Of a DNA stretch of 64,000 bases, positions 45,506 to 54,012 are shown one piece after another. The translations under genes and the position numbers were made by a program. This DNA is from Bacillota bacterium (lineage in GTDB: Bacteria > Bacillota > Clostridia > Christensenellales > SZUA-584). The notes under the pieces were generated by a model. It searched no databases. It was not told the DNA's origin and worked only from the letters and a program-made list of their open reading frames with translations. Each line of letters opens with the position of its first letter. Within the stretch, counting starts at the first letter, position 1. The stretch is taken from assembly GCA_023436115.1 (NCBI GenBank), contig JAEZKQ010000030.1:177910-241909 (forward strand), written 5' to 3'.

Positions 45506-47443
45506 TTATATATCTTGGGCAACTAGATAGGCTTCATGGGTCGCATCAATGAAATTTCTCGCTTTGATACAATCCCCTATCTTATATATTTCATCCACTT
45601 GGTTTTTAAGTTGATGATACAATGAATCATTTGCCTTAAATCCCAGCGCTATTATCACTGTATCACAAGGTAGTTCTCTTGTATTGCCGTTGGATTCTTT
45701 AACAACAACGCCTTTATCGGTTACCTCCACCAGTTCCAATCCTCCTTCAGTCTTTACCCCTTTGTCCTTCAGTGCCTGGAGCAGTGAGAACTTTGACATG
45801 AAGATAACATCCTGTGCGACTTCCGGGAGCATGTCAATGATTGTCACGTTCTTTCCCTTTTCTGCCAAATGGAGTCCTGTCTCACATCCAACAAGCCCCC
45901 CTCCCACAACAACGATGTTGTTACCTGACTGCTCCCTCTCTTTGAGCATAGTAGTTGCAATTCTTACATTGGGTTTGTTGATTCCGGGTATATTTGGAAT
46001 AATGGGGCTTGAGCCTGTTGCAATGATAACTGTGTCCGGCTTTAACTCCTGGACCAATTCCTTTGTTCCCGGAGTATTGTACCTTATCTCGATATTGGCG
46101 TGTTTGATCTTGCGCACCAAATACTTACAGTAAGCGTTAACCTCTTTCTTATGGTCCATAATGGCCCCTTCCAGTAGATGCCCTCCGAGCTCTGAGGATT
46201 TTTCTACTAAAGTGACACGATGCCCCTTTTCTTGGGCTAAAATCGCGGCTTGCATACCTGCCATTCCGCCACCGATGACTAGGACATCTTTGGTCTTGTT
46301 TGTTGGAATGATAGGGCTCAAATATTCCTTGCCAAGGACCGGATTCACACTGCAGGCTGCATACTGTCCAAAAAATACCCGGTTAATACATTGCATGCAT
46401 CTAACGCAAGGAATGATATCTTCTTTCTTATCAGCACGCGCTTTATTCACCCATTCAGGATCAGACAGCAAGGGCCTGGCAAGCCCGATGAAGTCAAGTT
46501 TATTATCCGCAAGCAGCTTATTTGCCAGAACAGGATCTCCAATATTACCATCGGAAATAACCTGAATACCTACCTCTTCTCTAACTTTACTGGCATATTC
46601 AATAGAAACTCCGTCTTCCATATATTCCGTTGGAATCAGTAGGTTCATGTTGTCATAGCTCCCACGTCTTAAATGAAGGGTATCAATTCCTATTCCTTTG
46701 AGTATTTTTGCCATCTCTATAGTTTCGTCAAGCTCTCGTCCACCTGGGAAACCGTGGTCTAGAGCCAAGCCAACAATCAAAGGGAAGTCTCTTCCAGCAC
46801 TCTTTCTGGCACTTTCAATACATTCTAATAAAAACCTCATACGGTTTTCCAGGCTTCCTCCATATTCATCGGTTCTGCGGTTCCATACAGAAGATAAAAA
46901 TTGATCTCCCAAGTAAGCAGTAAAGTGAACATAAATGATGTCAAAGCCGGCCTGTTTTGCTAACCCTGCAGCCTTGCCATAAGCCTCAATCAGCTCGGCG
47001 ATTTCAACTTTTGTTAATTCGCGGGTTTTTATCTCGGGGTTTCCCAGCAACCCATTTTCTGAAGGCCCTACTGGCCATTTTTCTTTAAGGGCATCATCTG
47101 CCAATCTTCCAGTTCCCGGAGATAACTCGATTGCAATTTTTGCATCGTATCGGTGTGCTATTTCTGTTATCTCGTGGAAATATTTGATTTGATTTACTGA
47201 GTCCAAAGTCGCATATCCATAGGTTAGCGGATATGTATCTACATTTTTCTCTGCTTTGACATGGGTAGTGATAATCAGCCCAACGCCGCCTTTTGCCCTG
47301 GCTTTATAATACTCATAATATCTTTCGCCAAGAACAGGGGGCTCTCCTATTGAAAACTGTGTATTCATTGGTGACATGACCAGTCTGTTCTTGATTTTCA
47401 AATTGCCTATGTGCGCTGGTTCGAATAGTTTATCGTAAGCCAT
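45506..47443 (-). CDS. 2-enoate reductase / 2,4-dienoyl-CoA reductase family flavoprotein (OYE barrel + 4Fe-4S + FAD/NAD(P) domain)
   Basis: The likely start is MAYDKLFEPAHIGNLKIKNRLVMSPM at 47443, after GGAGGT. It has the CVRCMQC...C cluster and the VIGGGMAGMQAA motif. Confidence 0.85.
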   Translation of the reverse strand: MAYDKLFEPAHIGNLKIKNRLVMSPMNTQFSIGEPPVLGERYYEYYKARAKGGVGLIITTHVKAEKNVDTYPLTYGYATLDSVNQIKYFHEITEIAHRYDAKIAIELSPGTGRLADDALKEKWPVGPSENGLLGNPEIKTRELTKVEIAELIEAYGKAAGLAKQAGFDIIYVHFTAYLGDQFLSSVWNRRTDEYGGSLENRMRFLLECIESARKSAGRDFPLIVGLALDHGFPGGRELDETIEMAKILKGIGIDTLHLRRGSYDNMNLLIPTEYMEDGVSIEYASKVREEVGIQVISDGNIGDPVLANKLLADNKLDFIGLARPLLSDPEWVNKARADKKEDIIPCVRCMQCINRVFFGQYAACSVNPVLGKEYLSPIIPTNKTKDVLVIGGGMAGMQAAILAQEKGHRVTLVEKSSELGGHLLEGAIMDHKKEVNAYCKYLVRKIKHANIEIRYNTPGTKELVQELKPDTVIIATGSSPIIPNIPGINKPNVRIATTMLKEREQSGNNIVVVGGGLVGCETGLHLAEKGKNVTIIDMLPEVAQDVIFMSKFSLLQALKDKGVKTEGGLELVEVTDKGVVVKESNGNTRELPCDTVIIALGFKANDSLYHQLKNQVDEIYKIGDCIKARNFIDATHEAYLVAQDI

Positions 47444-47589
47444 TAATATACCTCCATATATATTATTAGCTTGTGAAACAATCAGTAGGATTATACCCCA
47501 ATGGCTTAAAAGGAAGTAAATGTTTGCATATATCACAAAACCACTCCATACAAAAGAGGTGGTTCTATTTTATTAAGCACATCTACAAC

Positions 47590-47715
47590 TCCAAATTTGG
47601 TCAAGTGTACGAGCAACTGGTCAGGAAGGTTAATTGAAAAGGTCTTTGTTTACGAAGACAAATTTACCGTGGAATTCGAATCGGGCTGTGACAGTGGATG
47701 TTTACGAATAAGTAA
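47590..47715 (+). pseudogene. Serine recombinase C-terminal gene fragment
   Basis: The plus-strand reading ...SGRLIEKVFVYEDKFTVEFESGCD... is the typical extreme C-terminus of large serine recombinases. There is no upstream ORF. Confidence 0.5.
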
Positions 47716-47814
47716 AAAACGAGCAAGGGACTCTACGCAATTTGACTTAGGGTTTAGGTTAACGGGCTAATTGGAATTTTTAGTATTGCAGGTTATCCTC
47801 ATCACCCATGCTTA

Positions 47815-48231
47815 TCATATTTCATTGTTGTAATACCTATCAATCATTTCTTTCAATGAGTGGGCGACAACGATCTTTGTGTTGTCTTCATGCTCCCACC
47901 GTACAATCTCTGTCGATTTAATTTGACCATCTATTATTGAATAGCAGTAGTAATCACCACAGCCATTTCCACCTATAAAAAGCAATTCATCTAAACCTTC
48001 ATAGAACTCGGATAAAGTTTCTCGTACAAGTAAATTATCCTCAATAATTTGCTTCACAGAAAGCAATAACAAATTGTCCCCATCCATCTCTAACAATAAT
48101 TCTTTCAGCTCATTAGGAAAAGTGACATTAAGCCTATTTTCCGCATTGGTAATCATTCTTAGGTCAGCAGGTGGATGGGGTTTAATATACTCGTTATCAT
48201 TCATATATAATCTAATTTGCTCAATATACAT
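47815..48231 (-). CDS. SMI1/KNR4 (SUKH-1) family protein, putative polymorphic-toxin immunity protein
   Basis: 138 aa; ...ITNAENRLNVTFPNELKELLLEMDGDN...FIGGNGCGDYYCY pattern. Confidence 0.7.
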   Translation of the reverse strand: MYIEQIRLYMNDNEYIKPHPPADLRMITNAENRLNVTFPNELKELLLEMDGDNLLLLSVKQIIEDNLLVRETLSEFYEGLDELLFIGGNGCGDYYCYSIIDGQIKSTEIVRWEHEDNTKIVVAHSLKEMIDRYYNNEI

Positions 48232-48324
48232 TATTTCACCTCATTATATAAAATCTTAAAACCTTGATAAAAACGGTTCAATAAGTTCCAATTTACCGCT
48301 ACAATAACAACATTATTTAGCCGA

Positions 48325-48555
48325 CATCCAACCTGACCACACAACCTCAAAAATCCCGAAAAACCTGACCACTCGCGAACACTGACATCTAGCCCGACCA
48401 CTTGACTATCAAAAGCCGCTTATATGGACTTGTTTCCACGAATCAAAAAAATCATGATTTTCACACACAATGGAGTTCGTACCCATATGTGCTGAAAGCC
48501 TTGATATATAAGGGTTTTCAGCAAAATCAGTTATTTGTCCTTGTTATCAATACGA
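48325..48555. repeat. Copy A of a structured element-terminus module (solo copy, with triplicated terminal motif)
   Basis: It aligns with 50359-50530, including a 42-bp identical core (gtacccatatgtgctgaaagccttgatatataagggttttca). It contains three CNGACCAC-type terminal repeats (ending at 48340, 48371 and 48400) and the 32-nt palindrome at 48491-48522. Confidence 0.8.
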
Positions 48556-48709
48556 CCGTCTCAACGTGCAAGAGCGGGCTGATTTGATGTCTTTTACATT
48601 GTCGGTAGTTGGAAACATATCAACGGCACTTTATGCACTATCGGTAAGCGGGAATATGTCGTCTATATCCGCATAATTGAAACTGTTTGACTAGTATTCC
48701 TCGTAAGTA

Positions 48710-50218
48710 TCAGCCTTCACCTCTTGGTAATTTTGCGGTGCACTCTACGCAGTTGCGGCCATCTTCCTTTGCCTTATATAATGCTCTGTCTGCAGCGTCA
48801 ATAAGTTCATAAGGTGCCATCTCATTATCAGGAACAACTGATGCTACACCAAGACTGACTGTTATAACATTTTTTATTTCCCTGTTTTCTATTCTCAACT
48901 CTTCAATTCTTGTTCGAATTTCCTCGGCAACAACTGCCGCTCCCTCCGCAGTGGTACTCTTGAGTATTACCGCAAATTCCTCACCACCGTAACGCGCTGC
49001 AAGGTCACCCGGTCTTTTTATTACACCTTTTATAGCCTCTGCGATCCTTATCAATGTTTGGTCACCTGATAGATGACCATATGTATCATTGAAAAGTTTG
49101 AAGTTATCAATATCTATCATAATCAGAGCTAGCGGCATTCTTTCTCGCAGACACATTTTCCAGGTTCTATTATATGCAATGTCAAAAGCTCTTCTGTTTC
49201 CAATTGAGGTTAGGCCGTCTATCATAGAAATCCGTTCAAGCTTCAAATTCGCAGCTTTTAACATTTCATTTGCACGATGGAGTTCCTCTGTTCTCTCTTT
49301 CACGCTAGCCTCAAGCTTCTTACTTAATTTACGATATTTTCTTACAAAATATATTGCAACCAATGCTATTAGTAATAAAAAGAGACTAACGGTGCGTAGG
49401 TAAAAACTCTGAAAATAATCTTCGGTCAGGTATACCACTCTCTTACCTTGCCATTGTTCCATTATTTTATCAACAGTGCCATCCTCAGTTATTTCTTTAA
49501 GACCGGAATTAATCAGAGCCAACGTTTCTGTGTCGCCCTTTCTGACAGCTATTCTTGAGTACTGCGTTTCGATAGGATTATCTATTACTCTTATACCTTT
49601 AAACCCACTTTGCGCAAGTGCATACTCGCCATGCCATCGGTCCGCAACAATTGCATCTAAGTTTCCAGCAACTAAGTTTTTTAAGGAAGATTTCCAATCA
49701 TTGATCATTACAATGTTTATCTCTTGATATACTCGAAGTAAGTTGATCATATAGCCGCCAGCCTCTACACCGACATTTTTGCCTCTCAGGTCATCAATAC
49801 TATTTAAGGTCACATTGTCGCTTTGAACGAATATGGAAAATTCGGATTTTAGCAGAGGTTCTGAGAAATCATAAATTCTTTCTCTTTCCGGACTCGGATT
49901 AATTTGAAGAAGTCCGTCAGCTTCACCGTTAAGCACCATCGTTTGAGCTTCTTCCCAGTTCAATGCTAGCACTTTAACATCAATGCCTATTCTATCCCCA
50001 ATGGCCTTAGCAATATCAACTGCTACTCCTTTAGCTTCTCCGTTATCATTGTATACAACAGGTACCAAGTTTTCATTTCCCAGCAAAATCAAAGAATCAC
50101 GACTGTCGAAGCTCGCAGCAAATCCATTGATAGGCAGAAATAGATTCAACAAGGATAAGAATAAAATAACAGCAATAATATATGCCCTATTATTATTACA
50201 ACTTCTCTTGGATTTCAC
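48710..50218 (-). CDS. Sensor diguanylate cyclase: signal peptide, SBP_bac_3-type periplasmic domain, TM, coiled coil, GGDEF
   Basis: 502 aa; GTG start; RYGGEEFAVIL and ADRALYKAKEDGRN motifs. Confidence 0.85.
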   Translation of the reverse strand: MKSKRSCNNNRAYIIAVILFLSLLNLFLPINGFAASFDSRDSLILLGNENLVPVVYNDNGEAKGVAVDIAKAIGDRIGIDVKVLALNWEEAQTMVLNGEADGLLQINPSPERERIYDFSEPLLKSEFSIFVQSDNVTLNSIDDLRGKNVGVEAGGYMINLLRVYQEINIVMINDWKSSLKNLVAGNLDAIVADRWHGEYALAQSGFKGIRVIDNPIETQYSRIAVRKGDTETLALINSGLKEITEDGTVDKIMEQWQGKRVVYLTEDYFQSFYLRTVSLFLLLIALVAIYFVRKYRKLSKKLEASVKERTEELHRANEMLKAANLKLERISMIDGLTSIGNRRAFDIAYNRTWKMCLRERMPLALIMIDIDNFKLFNDTYGHLSGDQTLIRIAEAIKGVIKRPGDLAARYGGEEFAVILKSTTAEGAAVVAEEIRTRIEELRIENREIKNVITVSLGVASVVPDNEMAPYELIDAADRALYKAKEDGRNCVECTAKLPRGEG

Positions 50219-50358
50219 AACACCACCTGCTTACGTTTTAGTTGACTAAAATATTCCACCAAAAAAGGTTGCATCTCAGCTACTATCCGGTTTTTCCCAT
50301 TTCTTTTTGCTTTGTATAGGCTCATATCAGCCAAATGAACAAACTCATTGACAACTTT
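50215..50358 (-). pseudogene. 3' remnant (47 codons) of a GGDEF-domain gene truncated by element insertion
   Basis: Minus-strand reading KVVNEFVHLADMSLYKAKRNGKNRIVAEMQPFLVEYFSQLKRKQVVL*. ADxxLYxAKxxGxNR is the conserved end of GGDEF domains. Its TGA overlaps the GTG start of the next DGC gene (GTGA). The reading frame begins exactly where homology between repeat copies A and B stops. Confidence 0.7.
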
Positions 50359-52246
50359 CATCCAACCTGACCACTTGACTATCAAATACTGCCTTTATGG
50401 ACTTGTTTCCGCGGAGCGATAAAATCGCATTTTCACTCCATGGATTTTGTACCCATATGTGCTGAAAGCCTTGATATATAAGGGTTTTCAATAAAATCAG
50501 TCTTTTGTGCGTGACATCAATACCACGCACTCCACGTGTATCGACCGAAGAATAGGAATGCACATCATTAGTATCATTTTCGCGTCTCCTTTTTCCAATT
50601 TGTTTGCACATTTTACTCTGCACAGAATTAATAAATCCTGTCTTGTATACGAAAGTGAGCTTATACGGATTAACATTCCCACTTTCATCCGACTCACCAA
50701 TAATAATCTTTTCAACAATGCTTTCAAACACACATCGGTCGAAAGTCGTTAATACTTTGTTCTTTTCCAACACTTTGCGTAAGTGCGCTATCCTTTTCTT
50801 AAAGTCTATTTCTTCTTGAGTTGATTGTCTAAGCTGTTCTTTCTCGCTTGACAAGGTGTTTAAGATTAACTCCAACTCTTCATATTTTTTCTCATAGGTA
50901 GTTTTGTCTATAATCCCATCCAAATGCATATCGACTAATTTGTCTCGTTTCTGCCCAGTAACATTTATCTCATGCTCTACCTTAGCCAGACGATTTTTGA
51001 AATCATTGCTTCGGAGAACTGACTCCATCCTCTGGACAAGTTCATCGAGAACGTCAGAATTATTATCGCATAATAATCCATATGACTCAACAAAAGCGTC
51101 TTCAAGTAATTTTTCAGGAATCGCCTTGCTTGGGGGGCAATTCTTTTTGCCTTTCTTGGTTGCGGTTACGCACTGCCAGATGATCTTCTCATGGTCGGTA
51201 CCGCTATGCCAATTTCGACGAGACAGATTTCCTCCACAAAAAGCACATTCCAATTTACTACTGAATGCATATTTCCTGCTATACTTTTCACGTCTCCCCC
51301 TCTTTACCCCTTTACGGTGTCCGCTTCCTCTCCTTTTCAAAATTTCCTGTGCTTTCTCGAAAACCTCTTCACTGACAATAGGTTCATGATGACTTTTTAT
51401 ATAATACTGATCCTCCTCACCGTAGTTTTCTAGCCTTCTTTTTGATATCGGATCAACGGTGAAAGTTTTACCCTGCAAAACATCGCCTTTATACTTTTCG
51501 TTTTTGATGATTCCTAATACGGTTGTATCATGCCATTCTGAATTTCCATACTTTGTTTTATAACCCAACGCCATTAATTCCTTAGCAATCACATAAGCAC
51601 CAGCTCCTTCAGTATATCGTTCAAATATATGGCGTACAGTCCTTGCTTCCGTTTCATTTACTGAGATACTCTTATCTGCAGGATCATAATCATAGCCCAG
51701 ACAACTCACAAAGCCAACGAGCTCGCCGCGCTTCATTTTCATTTTTAGTCCTTTTTTCACGTTAGCAGAAATGTTCTCAACTTCCTGTTGTGCTACAGAA
51801 CTTAATATAACAAGTAAAAGCTCGCCGTCCATAGTCAGTGTATTTATGTTCTCGTCTTCAAAAAAAACGGCAATATTTCTTTCCTTCAGCATACGGACAT
51901 ATTTCAAGGTATCAAGGGTATTGCGTGCAAATCTTGAAATAGACTTGGTAATGACCATATCAATTTTACCGTCCATACAGTCGTTTATCATACGTTGAAA
52001 ATTCTCACGCTTTGTTACCTGGGTACCGGTTATCGCTTCATCAGCATAGATATCCACTAGCGACCAGTCCGAACGCTTCTGAACCAGGTCGGTATAATAC
52101 ATTACCTGAGATTTGTAGCTGTTTAATTGCTCCTCTGTATCCGTACTAACTCTTGCGTAGGGGGCTATACGTAATATGTCTGAAGCCTTTCCAGCGGCAC
52201 GATCGGATATTTTCCGGTTTGCCTTAATTACTTCAACTTCATGCAT
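50345..52246 (-). CDS. Large serine recombinase (resolvase domain + recombinase domain + zinc ribbon + coiled coil)
   Basis: 633-aa ORF; YARVSTDTEEQ catalytic Ser region, ITKSISRFARN, and CAFCGG...C zinc ribbon. The last ~55 codons run through the repeat module and may not be genuine coding sequence. Confidence 0.85.
   Translation of the reverse strand: MHEVEVIKANRKISDRAAGKASDILRIAPYARVSTDTEEQLNSYKSQVMYYTDLVQKRSDWSLVDIYADEAITGTQVTKRENFQRMINDCMDGKIDMVITKSISRFARNTLDTLKYVRMLKERNIAVFFEDENINTLTMDGELLLVILSSVAQQEVENISANVKKGLKMKMKRGELVGFVSCLGYDYDPADKSISVNETEARTVRHIFERYTEGAGAYVIAKELMALGYKTKYGNSEWHDTTVLGIIKNEKYKGDVLQGKTFTVDPISKRRLENYGEEDQYYIKSHHEPIVSEEVFEKAQEILKRRGSGHRKGVKRGRREKYSRKYAFSSKLECAFCGGNLSRRNWHSGTDHEKIIWQCVTATKKGKKNCPPSKAIPEKLLEDAFVESYGLLCDNNSDVLDELVQRMESVLRSNDFKNRLAKVEHEINVTGQKRDKLVDMHLDGIIDKTTYEKKYEELELILNTLSSEKEQLRQSTQEEIDFKKRIAHLRKVLEKNKVLTTFDRCVFESIVEKIIIGESDESGNVNPYKLTFVYKTGFINSVQSKMCKQIGKRRRENDTNDVHSYSSVDTRGVRGIDVTHKRLILLKTLIYQGFQHIWVQNPWSENAILSLRGNKSIKAVFDSQVVRLDESCQ
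50359..50530. repeat. Copy B of the structured terminus module, forming the end of the serine-recombinase element
   Basis: It starts with CATCCAACCTGACCAC (identical to 48325-48340) and shares the 42-bp core. It overlaps the last ~55 codons of the recombinase ORF. Confidence 0.8.
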
Positions 52247-52319
52247 ACAAGGTCCTCCTCTTATCGTTCATTCTTACGGATAGTGTAACAAACAATGAAT
52301 TATAGGCCAAATGTGTAAA

Positions 52320-52466
52320 TCAATTTGTGAGATCTGAAATCACACCATAGTCTTGCATTAATTTGTTCTTAATCAGAGAGAATTCGCTTTCTGTGATTAA
52401 TGCCATAGCTAGCAATTGCCCCAACATGGCGATCTGCATACTGTAACGAATCAATTTATTTTTCAT
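52320..52466 (-). CDS. Small helical protein (48 aa) upstream of the recombinase; possible directionality/accessory factor
   Basis: aacGGGAGtaatgcatcATG; MKNKLIRYSMQIAMLGQLLAMALITESEFSLIKNKLMQDYGVISDLTN (SHOCT-like 'GLITExEF...K..L' flavour). Below the ORF-track cutoff. Confidence 0.5.
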   Translation of the reverse strand: MKNKLIRYSMQIAMLGQLLAMALITESEFSLIKNKLMQDYGVISDLTN

Positions 52467-52563
52467 GATGCATTACTCCCGTTATATGAGTGTAGTAACA
52501 TTAGGTTCACTAAAAATGACGTTCATTTTAGGGAAATATATATTTTTCAGCAACTGCGTCCTT

Positions 52564-52611
52564 CTAATCGCAGCAGTAAACGCTGACAATATCATCATAG
52601 GTTTCAAACAT
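52564..52611 (-). other. 15-codon mini-ORF with consensus SD (candidate leader peptide)
   Basis: attattGGAGGTGtcttcATG TTT GAA ACC ... TGC TGC GAT TAG, giving MFETYDDIVSVYCCD. Confidence 0.3.
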
Positions 52612-52640
52612 GAAGACACCTCCAATAATATAGAATTTAT

Positions 52641-53030
52641 GGGTGCACCTCATGTTGGCTTCAGATGTTGAATGTATAAGGCGCACCCATAGCCTCCGTT
52701 ACTTTGCTTTGTACTTATAATCGTATCCGGCGGACGGTGGCTAAGCGTCCTCATAGGAATCACACCTCTCCCAGGGTCTCTGCGAGCCGCCCCCATTGCG
52801 ATGTCTGTGGCTGGACGGAAGTAATCATTATCCCTCCGCATGTGGTCGTGGCCATAAATGCGCCTGCACTTACTTGTTACATGGGTATGGATCGCTCACG
52901 CATAAAGCGGTCATGGCGTACCTGTAAACTTGGCTTTCCCTTCTCGGGACATGCGGGGAACGTACCGGATAGACTTATATTCAGTTTTCAAAGAACCTCT
53001 GAAGGATAAATTGTCCCTTCAATAACCGTG
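52641..53030 (-). ncRNA. Candidate structured non-coding RNA or long leader; class unknown
   Basis: A ~390-nt stretch that looks GC-rich between AT-rich flanks. All six frames are broken or non-protein-like. It has many local and long-range complementarities, for example GGGTGC 52641-46 / GCACCC 52683-88, GGACG 52732-36 / CGTCC 52746-50, and CCGCATGT 52836-43 / ACATGCGG 52949-56. The strand is assumed from the flanking co-oriented genes. Confidence 0.3.
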
Positions 53031-53061
53031 AACAAAAACGAGTAAAACAGGGCGGGGTAAC

Positions 53062-53484
53062 TTAAAAAAGATCAATTCTTTTTTTAAGCTGCCTTAACGC
53101 CCGGCTTACTGACTTTCGGACTGAGCTTGCATCGACATGCTCAAGCTGCGCGATGTGAGAACAACTCATATCAAGAAAGAAATGAGCATACAGGCGCTTA
53201 AACTGCTTGTCGGGTAAAGCCCGAATAGCAGCGTACAATTCCTGTTGCATCATTTTCTGCTCGAATATCTCATGCACTGATGGCGCGAGCCGGATGGCTT
53301 CGTTTTCGATGCCGTCATTCCTGTCAAGTGAATAATATGCCTTGTGCTTATAGATCAGCCGCCGTTGTACCTCTTCCAACCGCTTATAGAGGAATAGCAG
53401 TTCAGCTACTTCATCTGGCACATTGAATAGAAAATCGACAGAATATATCGACGAGTAAAAGTCTCTTAGATTAATTGTTTTCAT
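53062..53484 (-). CDS. Sigma-70 region-4-like small DNA-binding protein (Tn916 Orf7-like)
   Basis: 140 aa; the C-terminal LPDKQFKRLYAHFFLDMSCSHIAQLEHVDASSVRKSVSRALRQLKK is a sigma region 4 HTH. RBS GGAGGT. Confidence 0.65.
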   Translation of the reverse strand: MKTINLRDFYSSIYSVDFLFNVPDEVAELLFLYKRLEEVQRRLIYKHKAYYSLDRNDGIENEAIRLAPSVHEIFEQKMMQQELYAAIRALPDKQFKRLYAHFFLDMSCSHIAQLEHVDASSVRKSVSRALRQLKKRIDLF

Positions 53485-54012
53485 TTGTAAACCTCCGTGA
53501 AATCTTGATTTTGCAGATAGAAACCAAGAAGAAACGGAGGCGATCTTATACGGGGAAAGGCGGGATATATAACAAAAACGCCCTTGGCATATCTACCTTG
53601 GGCGCTTGTATCCTTAAGAATTATCTTCTCGCTATATAATGCAATATCATATTGAGTTTTTACTTCATTCCAATGCCGTACTATCCCTAAAATGTTGACA
53701 AGGCTTTTTTTGATAAAGTTGCCTTGCATTTTTGAGGGGATTTGATTTTACATCGTAAACCAAACATATAGACGACCCTCAAAAATCGCTTTGATCTGAA
53801 AAAGGCGTAACTTTAATATAAGCGACCAAAAACGAGGTTTTCCCGGCTTTGGGCACAAGCTGTCTTTTTCAGTTTTATAGCGAGCTTTATATTTTTCCGT
53901 AGAACAGACTACGGTTAAGCTCTCGTGTTATGCACTATATAGCAATGAAATTTTGTAGTATCACAACCTTTCAAAATTTGTGTATTCAGTGCAAACTATA
54001 CAAGGAGGTGAA

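Noticed and set aside
50345-50510. Treating the last ~55 codons of the recombinase ORF as a genuine C-terminal domain
   Set aside because: I neither accept nor discard this. The segment coincides with the repeat module, is palindromic (it translates similarly on both strands), and differs from copy A by frame-breaking indels. The CDS end is therefore left as given but flagged.
52641-53030. Identification of the GC-rich segment as tmRNA, RNase P RNA, SRP/6S RNA, an rRNA fragment or a group II intron
   Set aside because: None of the hallmark strings is present. These are the tmRNA ends and tag ORF, GAGGAAAGUCC, rRNA universal blocks, and the domain V AGC...GNRA...GUU hairpin. A GTGCGCC on the minus strand sits at the wrong end to be a group II intron 5' end. 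It is kept only as an unclassified candidate.
53481-53729. 82-aa minus-strand ORF ending in an ATGA overlap with the sigma-like gene
   Set aside because: It has no good RBS, an odd composition (FPRIRSPPFLLGFYLQNQ) and no recognisable family. It may be real in related elements, but I cannot support it. The spacer also holds a TTTTTGAGGG/CCCTCAAAAA inverted repeat (53729-53785) of unclear meaning.
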